A stretch of DNA of 64,000 bases from a virus (lineage: Duplodnaviria; Caudoviricetes), in IMG/VR virus record IMGVR_UViG_3300037761_000289, positions 925-64,924 of that record; one strand, 5' to 3'. A model generated the notes under the pieces. The model did not search any database. It saw only the letters and a list, made by a program, of their open reading frames with translations, and was not told the DNA's origin. This document shows positions 57,640 through 64,000 of the stretch, piece after piece. The first letter of the stretch is position 1, and each line of letters starts with the position of its first letter. Made by a program: the position numbers and the translations under genes.

Positions 57640-59990
57640 AACCAGTCCTCCGATTGGACCCACGGATCGAAGACGGTCGGGTTGATGTAGCTCGCCAGCG
57701 CCAGGACCGGGGTGTTGCCCAACTCGGAGCTGACCGCCTCGGCGACCTCCCGCCGCCAACGCCTGAACTCCATTCTACTGCGCGGTTTCTCCTCACCGCG
57801 AACGGCGATCTCGCGGAGTGCGACCACATTGGCGTGCACCGTCCGGAGGTCTTTCAGCAGAAACTCACGTGGCACCCCGGTGGACTGCATGTAGGCGCGG
57901 GTGCGGTCCTCGTCGGTGTCGAACAGCGGCATGTCGCCGCTGCGGGTGGCCAGCCGCATCGACAGTGCGCGGGCGATGAGCGGGTCCCGCACCGTCAGCT
58001 GGATGTGCACGCCCTTCTTGCCGACGAAGTCCAGGCCGACCACGTCCCCGTCCACGGTGACGTGCCGGGCGCGTAGGTTCGTCGCGCCGTGCGCCTTCTC
58101 CTTCGCGCCCGTGTCCCGGTCCGACCCCGGCCGCATTCCCAGCCGGCGGATCAGCGCCAGCGCGGCCGCGTGGTCGTTGGTGTCGACGTCCCGCTCGATC
58201 GCGTGGTCCAACTTGTCCAGGTGCCTGTTCAGTTCCCGCACCCGGGCGAACTTCACCGCCGCCTGCGACTCGGTGTGCTCCGCAGAGTAGATCGTCTGCC
58301 CGCGGCCCTTGGAGTCCCGCCCCCTGGCGAGGATCTTCGCCGAGTCCAGGTCGTCGGCGATGTGCACGTCGGTCCACGCCGGCGGGATCGCCTTGCCGAC
58401 CTTGGCCCGGAAGTCGGCCCGGTCCTGCTCGGTGGCGGCGTGCATGCCGCCGAAGACGGCCCGCGCGACGTCGCCGACCACGTCGCCGACCCATTCGCCG
58501 GTGTGCGGGTCGCGCGGCTGGCCGGGGTCGAACCTGCGCTGTCCGGCCCGGCCGCGGGCCGGGTCGTCGCCCACGGCGGCCGGTGGGCCACCGGCAGCCT
58601 TCCCGCCGGACGGGGCTTCCGCCCCGGGCTCCTGAAGCTGCACGGACGTCAACCCGGTGTGCTGCAACAGGGAGATGTCCTGCCCGCGGACCGCGGCGAT
58701 CGCCGAGTCGGCGGTGAAACCCTCACGTACATACATGGTGATGGTGGCGGCCTTGACCTGCTCGATCTCGGCGGCGTCCTTGGCGTCCTCCCGCAGCAGC
58801 AGAACATCGGCGGTGTCGAACCACAGTTCCGCGTCGCGGGGCACGTCGATGACCGCGGCGAGCGCGCCGCACAACCCGGCCGCCTTCGGATACACCCACG
58901 TGTCGGCGAAGATACGGCGCGCCTGGCCGAAGTTGCCGGCGTTCAGGCTCGACCCGGCCAGCCCCTCGGCGATCTGCAGGATCGCCGCCGGCACCCGCGA
59001 CAGCATCGCGATCCGCGTCTCACCCTGACCCTGGACGGACTTCAGGTCCAGGTCGTTGAGGTTGGCCCCGACCGGCATCACGTCCGCGCCGCCGGTCAGA
59101 TACAACGTGCGGAACGCGTTGGCGACACCCGCGTGGCGGGCCTCCAACATCTCGACGATCTCGTCGAACTGCTCCTTGGTCGCCAACGGCCGGCCGTCGG
59201 GGGCGGTCAGCCCCTTGATGACGAGGTTCGGCGTGGCCGAGTTCTGCCAGTACTGCAACTTGAACTCGCTGATCGCCCGATCGCCCTGCAGGTCCCGGAT
59301 CGCCGGGGTCAGCCACGACATGCCCAGACCAGGCATCAGCGCATCCGGTTCCGGCGCCCAGTGCGCGACCTCGTTGGGCAGCAACGTCGAAGGCCGGTTC
59401 GTGCCCCCGAACAGCCCGCCGTTCTGGTAGACGTAGCCCAGCAGTTCGCGGTCCAACGCCCAGCCCGGGTCGTCGGGTTCCCGCTGCGACCCGTAGACGA
59501 TGCCCACCCAGTCCGGGCGCATCACGAACAGCCGCTTCGGCTGGCGGTGCACGTAGGCGTTGCCGGCCAGGCCCGCGTGCCACTCCATCCGGGCCAGCAT
59601 CTCCCCGGTGGTGACGTTGGTGTCCGGATTCTCCAGCGGCGCCAACGCGGTGGTGCCGAACTGCCGCCGGGGTGTCCTCGTGCTCGGCAGGTTCCGGAAT
59701 GTGAACCGCAGCTGCGACAGCACCGCGGTGCGGACCAGCTCGGCGGCGAACGCCGGCGGGCAGCCGTTGACCGCCGCCGCGTACCCCGGCAGCGAGTTCG
59801 CGATCTCCGAGATTCGGATCCCGCCGAGCGTCTGCAGCAACCGGGCACCCGGATGCCCGTAGCCGTACGTCTGACCGCCGTAGCCGAACGTCCCCGCCTG
59901 TTGCAGGATGCCCAGGTAGGTGTCGGCGCTGTAGCGGACCTCCGACGTGTCCCGACGCGCCAGGGCGCTGATGCGGTCAGCCAGTGCCAC
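57636..59990 (-). CDS. Portal protein fused to C-terminal DNA topoisomerase IB
   Basis: Portal motifs GNAYV, MRPDWV, VAHWAP, GMSWL, NSATPNLVI and RIAMLSRVP. Then IPPAWTDVHI, GRDSKGRGQTIY, GMRPG, FVGKKG, KDLRT and LGNTP...SYINP. Confidence 0.9.
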   Translation of the reverse strand: MALADRISALARRDTSEVRYSADTYLGILQQAGTFGYGGQTYGYGHPGARLLQTLGGIRISEIANSLPGYAAAVNGCPPAFAAELVRTAVLSQLRFTFRNLPSTRTPRRQFGTTALAPLENPDTNVTTGEMLARMEWHAGLAGNAYVHRQPKRLFVMRPDWVGIVYGSQREPDDPGWALDRELLGYVYQNGGLFGGTNRPSTLLPNEVAHWAPEPDALMPGLGMSWLTPAIRDLQGDRAISEFKLQYWQNSATPNLVIKGLTAPDGRPLATKEQFDEIVEMLEARHAGVANAFRTLYLTGGADVMPVGANLNDLDLKSVQGQGETRIAMLSRVPAAILQIAEGLAGSSLNAGNFGQARRIFADTWVYPKAAGLCGALAAVIDVPRDAELWFDTADVLLLREDAKDAAEIEQVKAATITMYVREGFTADSAIAAVRGQDISLLQHTGLTSVQLQEPGAEAPSGGKAAGGPPAAVGDDPARGRAGQRRFDPGQPRDPHTGEWVGDVVGDVARAVFGGMHAATEQDRADFRAKVGKAIPPAWTDVHIADDLDSAKILARGRDSKGRGQTIYSAEHTESQAAVKFARVRELNRHLDKLDHAIERDVDTNDHAAALALIRRLGMRPGSDRDTGAKEKAHGATNLRARHVTVDGDVVGLDFVGKKGVHIQLTVRDPLIARALSMRLATRSGDMPLFDTDEDRTRAYMQSTGVPREFLLKDLRTVHANVVALREIAVRGEEKPRSRMEFRRWRREVAEAVSSELGNTPVLALASYINPTVFDPWVQSEDWL

Positions 59991-60282
59991 CGGCGGCCCT
60001 CGGCTTACGGGCACGCGTCGGCCACCTCTCAGGCGCGAAGTTCCGGCGGGCCGCCTGCTCCCGGGCGTCCAACCAGCCGAGCCGGACACCCGCCGCGCAC
60101 CAACCCGCCGCCGCACGCACCGCCCGCATCACACCACCGACCACCGCGAGAACCCAGAACGCGACCCAGCCCACAGCCCAGAAACACGCGCCGATGCCCG
60201 ACGCGACCACCCGGCCCGGCTCCACCGTCCGCGGCGGCGCCATCTCGATCTCTTCGGTGATGCGATCAGCCAGGGAGACCAC
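59977..60282 (-). CDS. Small membrane protein between terL and portal
   Basis: FWAVGWVAFWVLAVVGG...GVRLGWLDAR. Confidence 0.75.
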   Translation of the reverse strand: MVSLADRITEEIEMAPPRTVEPGRVVASGIGACFWAVGWVAFWVLAVVGGVMRAVRAAAGWCAAGVRLGWLDAREQAARRNFAPERWPTRARKPRAAGGTG

Positions 60283-60296
60283 AGGTTCGACCTCCT

Positions 60297-62873
60297 CTAG
60301 CGCCAGGTAGCGAAGAACGGGGTCAGCGGTGGGGCGGTGGCGTGCCCGTGCAACGCCAGCGTGAACGACACCAACGGCGAGATGTCGACCTCCGACGTCA
60401 TGCGGTGCCACGCCCACGCGCCGTCGCCGAGGTCCCGCCTCGCCGCGCCCCGGACCGCCGCCGACAGGGCACGGACGTATTCGGCGTTACCCGCCCACTT
60501 CAGGTTGCGCAGCTCGGCGTGTTCGCCGGCGATCGCGTCGAACACCCGCCCGCATGCCCGGCCCAGCTCCGGCCGGTTGACACGCCGAACCGTGATCCCG
60601 GCCGCCTCGACGTCATCGGCGAGCGCACCGGCCGGACCCGACGCGTCGGCCAACCACTGCGACGGCCGCCACTTCGTGTTCAGCTCCACAACCCGGTCCA
60701 CCATCCACGTCACACCCGGCCGCCGGTCCACGACCTCGCCGTGCTGCCACCCGCCCGCGCCGGCGGCGCCGACACTGATCGACGACCAGGTCCGCTCCGG
60801 GTTCGTGTCGAACGCGAAACACACCGGGTCGACCGGCCGCGACAGCGGATCGTGCGCGGCCTCCCACTCCGGCTTGCCGATGACCAACCAACCGTCGTCC
60901 GGCTCCAGCGGCCACGCACCCAGAGCCTCGGCGTCGAACCGGTCGCCGAGAGTGCTCAGGTCGTGTTCCACGTCATCCTCGCCCAGCAGAACACCCCACG
61001 ACGGGTTCGTCGACCGCCACACCTCACGGTCGGTGCGGACATAGCCCGGCGGCGGCGACCACTCATGCCAGCCGATCCGGCCCGCACCGTCAGACGCCAG
61101 CGCGCGGCGGCGGACCTTCGCCCAGTAGGTGCCCCGATCGATCGGCGGCGTGCCCATGTACACCAACTGCGGGTTGGGCCGGGCCCGCTGGGTCGGGCCG
61201 AGAGCCGCCATCTCGTCCTCGGACAGGCCCATCTGCGCCTCGTCAAGGATCAGCACGTCGGCGGAGAACCCCCGGATCGACTCCTTCGACCGCGCCTTGA
61301 CCAACAGCCGCTGCGGCGGATCCCGCAACTTGATCGCCTCGTCGCCGCGGGCGTGACTCACGCCCTTCAGTCGGCGGCGCAACGCCGGGGTGTCCTCGAC
61401 GCACTGCACCAGCCGCAGGAAGATCTCCTTGGCGGTCCCGACCTGGTGCGCCGTGTACACGATCAGCTGCTCGCCGAAGACGTACAGGCCGGCCAGGATC
61501 CGGATCACCGCGATGACCGAGTTGTGGGTCGGGACCAGATCCCGGCCGGCCAGGTAGAGCCCGTCCGGAGAGTCGACGGTGATGCACCGCACCGGCACCG
61601 ACGGCACCGGCTCGATACGCGCGACGCTCAGCGTCGCCCGCCCCTTGCCGCCGTCGACCGCCTTCACCCGGGCGGCCTTGCGGGGCATCCGGAACGGCAC
61701 GAACGGATCCAGCCTGGTCGGCGTCCAACACACCCGGAACTTCGGCCCGCAGTCCCGCCCGTTCAGCGTGGCCCGGTGCTCGACGAGCGTCGCCCGCCAG
61801 CCCAGCGACCGGGCTAGGAACAGTACGCCGTCGGCCAGCGCGCGGGTGGTCGAGCAGAACTCCACCTGCCCACGCCGGGCCTCGATCGTGCCGTCGGTGT
61901 CAAGCAGACCCTGAAGCAGAGCCTCACGCTGCGCGGCGCCGGCGGTCAGGTAGACATCCGGAATGTGCTTGTCGCCGAGCACGCCCAACGCCCGCAGCAA
62001 CGGTTGCATCCCGGTCCGGCCGCCGGGCCGTCCGTCCGTGGTGTTGAACCGCAGGTGCCACGCGGTGTTACAGGTGTTCCGCACCCGGCTGACCACCCGG
62101 TAGCCGGCAGCCTCAACCTGGGCGACCATGTGCCCGAGGTCCTCGCCGCCGACCGTCAGTGCCGCGCCCCTGGAATCGCCGTCACCGAGCCACGCACCGA
62201 ACATGTACGGGTCGATCGGCAGGTCAACGACCGGCGACTTCAGCGGCTCCTGAGTGGGCAGTTGGAACCGGTACTCGTTCGTCGCGTACGTCTTGCCGTC
62301 GGTCACCGACGTACGTCCCCCGCCGGGGTGGCGCGACAACCCCCCGGCCAGCATGTCTGCCGTCGTCACCGTGCGGGCCTCGAACCACCTGCGGCGTTCC
62401 CCACGCGGCCCCGCCGAACGTTCCCGCCGCTTGTCGGTCACGGTCCACAGGTGGTCCGCGTCAGCGACCACCGACCGGCCGTCGGTCGTCGTGACGCGGT
62501 AGCACTCGTGGCCCAGCAGCACGTCGGAGACCGCCACCACGGCCACCGGATAGCCGGCGGGGTGGAAAACCTCGTCACCAACCCTGATCCCGGCCAGGGA
62601 CACCCAGCCGCGGTTCGCCGTCAAGATGGGCGTACCGGCATCCAGCGCTTTGCCGTTCTGTCGAGGTACTACCAGGCCCGACTCGCGGCACGCCCACCGG
62701 CCCGGCGCCCGCTCGGACAGCATGTCGTCCACGACCAGCGACTGCCACGGCAAGCAGACAATGCCCGCCACCTCGGCGATCTCACGGGCCGCCGGACCCT
62801 CGGTGCCGATCCGGTCAGGTGCCCGGTGCTGCCTTGGCGACGTGAGCGGCGCGGCGAGCAGCGAGCTCGTCAA
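60297..62873 (-). CDS. terL: Terminase large subunit containing an intein
   Basis: TTG start at 62873; Walker A VPRQNGK|S split by the intein, YTAHQ, Walker B LILDEAQ, and nuclease FAFDT...DISPLVS. Confidence 0.93.
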   Translation of the reverse strand: MTSSLLAAPLTSPRQHRAPDRIGTEGPAAREIAEVAGIVCLPWQSLVVDDMLSERAPGRWACRESGLVVPRQNGKALDAGTPILTANRGWVSLAGIRVGDEVFHPAGYPVAVVAVSDVLLGHECYRVTTTDGRSVVADADHLWTVTDKRRERSAGPRGERRRWFEARTVTTADMLAGGLSRHPGGGRTSVTDGKTYATNEYRFQLPTQEPLKSPVVDLPIDPYMFGAWLGDGDSRGAALTVGGEDLGHMVAQVEAAGYRVVSRVRNTCNTAWHLRFNTTDGRPGGRTGMQPLLRALGVLGDKHIPDVYLTAGAAQREALLQGLLDTDGTIEARRGQVEFCSTTRALADGVLFLARSLGWRATLVEHRATLNGRDCGPKFRVCWTPTRLDPFVPFRMPRKAARVKAVDGGKGRATLSVARIEPVPSVPVRCITVDSPDGLYLAGRDLVPTHNSVIAVIRILAGLYVFGEQLIVYTAHQVGTAKEIFLRLVQCVEDTPALRRRLKGVSHARGDEAIKLRDPPQRLLVKARSKESIRGFSADVLILDEAQMGLSEDEMAALGPTQRARPNPQLVYMGTPPIDRGTYWAKVRRRALASDGAGRIGWHEWSPPPGYVRTDREVWRSTNPSWGVLLGEDDVEHDLSTLGDRFDAEALGAWPLEPDDGWLVIGKPEWEAAHDPLSRPVDPVCFAFDTNPERTWSSISVGAAGAGGWQHGEVVDRRPGVTWMVDRVVELNTKWRPSQWLADASGPAGALADDVEAAGITVRRVNRPELGRACGRVFDAIAGEHAELRNLKWAGNAEYVRALSAAVRGAARRDLGDGAWAWHRMTSEVDISPLVSFTLALHGHATAPPLTPFFATWR
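61521..62648 (-). mobile_element. Class 3 intein (376 aa) with LAGLIDADG homing endonuclease
   Basis: Starts with Ala (ALDAGTP); W in ADHLW, C in VRCITV, T in PTHN|S; endonuclease motifs FGAWLGDG and LQGLLDTDG. Confidence 0.92.
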
Positions 62874-63099
62874 CGCGGGACACCTCCACCTCCAGCCCCG
62901 CCGCGGCGATCGCGTCGAGGGTGCCACGCCATTCGCGGGCGGTCGCGGGTGCCGGCGCGGTGTCCAGATCCAGGTGACGGGCCAGGATGTAGGCCGCCTC
63001 GGCCAGCGCCAGCGTGTGCGCGGGCGGATCCTTGAGCCCCCGGACGTAGGCCCGGGTGGCGCGTTCGATGGGGCCGCCCGTGTCAGAATCCGTGGACAT
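62815..63099 (-). CDS. terS: Terminase small subunit
   Basis: Directly precedes terL; AYILARHLD...EWRGTL...SRVDELAARRA. Confidence 0.8.
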   Translation of the reverse strand: MSTDSDTGGPIERATRAYVRGLKDPPAHTLALAEAAYILARHLDLDTAPAPATAREWRGTLDAIAAAGLEVEVSRVDELAARRAAHVAKAAPGT

Positions 63100-63589
63100 C
63101 CCCGATCCCCTCGCCGCGAATCACCTCCGCAGCCGGTGGCACCGCAAGGTACTCGGCTGCCTGGCGGCACACCTCGGGGTCATCGCGAAAGAATCCGATG
63201 CCGGTGTTGCATCTAGAGCAGAGGAGTCCGCGGACGCGGCCGGTTACGTGATCATGATCCACGGGCCAGGCCGTGCGGCCAAGAGGCTGAGAGCCGCCTG
63301 GCTCGCTCGCTCCGCAGATCGCGCAGCCGCCGCCCTGATATGCCAGCAACGCCTCGTACTGCTCGAGCGAGAGGCCGTACTGCAACTTGATCCTGCTGGC
63401 CCAGAAGACCTCGCGCGGGACTCGCCGGCCGCGCTCTCTGTCCAAGGTCTTCGACCGTTCGGTTTGGCATTGGCGACACCGTGCGGGTGCCCTGCGAAGC
63501 CCCAGCGCGGTGAGCGTCGCGCCGCAGTCGAGGCACGGATAGTCATCGAAGTTTCTCAATGCGGGTCTCCCGGATTGCGAGAGCCCCAC
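63083..63589 (-). CDS. Endonuclease VII-like (HNH) endonuclease
   Basis: YGLSLEQYEALLAYQGGGCAIC...VDHDHVTGRVRGLLCSRCNTGIG. Confidence 0.9.
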   Translation of the reverse strand: MGLSQSGRPALRNFDDYPCLDCGATLTALGLRRAPARCRQCQTERSKTLDRERGRRVPREVFWASRIKLQYGLSLEQYEALLAYQGGGCAICGASEPGGSQPLGRTAWPVDHDHVTGRVRGLLCSRCNTGIGFFRDDPEVCRQAAEYLAVPPAAEVIRGEGIGDVHGF

Positions 63590-63838
63590 GCCGGGAGACG
63601 TGGGGCTCTCTACCCGCGGTAGCTACTCCGCAGGATGACTACAGAACGTAACACTCACTCTCAGTTATGAAGATTGATCTTCACAACCGGATCAGATGTC
63701 TTTCATCCAGTACTGGACAGTAACTTAAGCATTGACGTACGTGGATGCGGGAGCACAAAGCGGACATCTCGGCCACACCAAGATCAGGGGGGGAAGGGAT
63801 CAGTAGACATGGGTCACCCGGCTCGCGGTTTGCGTCAC

Positions 63839-63917
<79 letters not shown>

Positions 63918-64000
63918 CGCCTGTGGAAAACCCGGTCGATCCTGCCACCGCCGGCAACGTCGCCGGAAGGGTCACCTTCGCGGGCACCGCGCCCACGATG

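Larger units (their letters stand above)
1..63838 (-). mobile_element. Temperate actinobacteriophage genome (siphovirus-like), near complete, non-integrated form
   Basis: Terminase, portal, protease, HK97-type capsid, tail, lysis, integrase, repressor and recombination modules are all present. attP and the integrase lie mid-sequence, flanked by phage genes on both sides. Confidence 0.95.

Noticed and set aside
1504-63035. Many long plus-strand ORFs in the track (e.g. 1504-2601, 30022-31365, 37455-39149, 55359-57128, 58089-60260)
   Set aside because: These are antisense shadows of high-GC3 minus-strand genes, with Arg/Pro/Gly-rich or mirror-codon composition and no motifs or RBS.

Overview
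This window is a near-complete genome of a temperate, high-GC actinobacteriophage (siphovirus type; a Micromonosporaceae/Streptomyces-like host is inferred from gene content). It is in its non-integrated form, opened near the terminase. Almost all genes are on the minus strand. Late operon start (1-1.2 kb). Early/replication arm (1.2-23.5 kb): GH26-like hydrolase, Rv2179c-like exoribonuclease, replication initiator, three ParB-like genes, three classes of DNA methyltransferase, RecT/YqaJ and a WhiB-like protein. Immunity and integration (23.2-25.3 kb): cro/cI switch with TTGC-N6-GCAA operators, attP matching the 3' half of tRNA-Val(TAC), and a tyrosine integrase. Accessory island (25.3-30.7 kb): GntR, HTH, DUF2637-like and RHH cassettes. 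Lysis 30.7-33.9 kb; tail 33.9-43.5 kb; extra structural block 43.5-47.1 kb; glycosyltransferase/methyltransferase/epimerase cluster 47.2-50.9 kb; head and packaging 51.6-63.6 kb. The most striking system is in the head module. The portal protein continues in frame into a complete bacterial-type DNA topoisomerase IB with an intact R-K-R-N-Y catalytic set. The prohead protease is the C-terminus of a 1129-aa polyprotein. Both share a short FDPxQPRDxxG(x)xW linker motif, suggesting cargo domains carried on capsid-assembly proteins. Also notable are perfect inverted repeats lying in frame next to the HTH of three DNA-binding genes, a synonymously AT-recoded capsid 3' end beside a free-standing endonuclease, and a class 3 intein in TerL. 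All family assignments are by eye from motifs; no database searches were run. The last ~160 bp (poly-G plus unrelated-looking sequence) are probably an assembly artefact.
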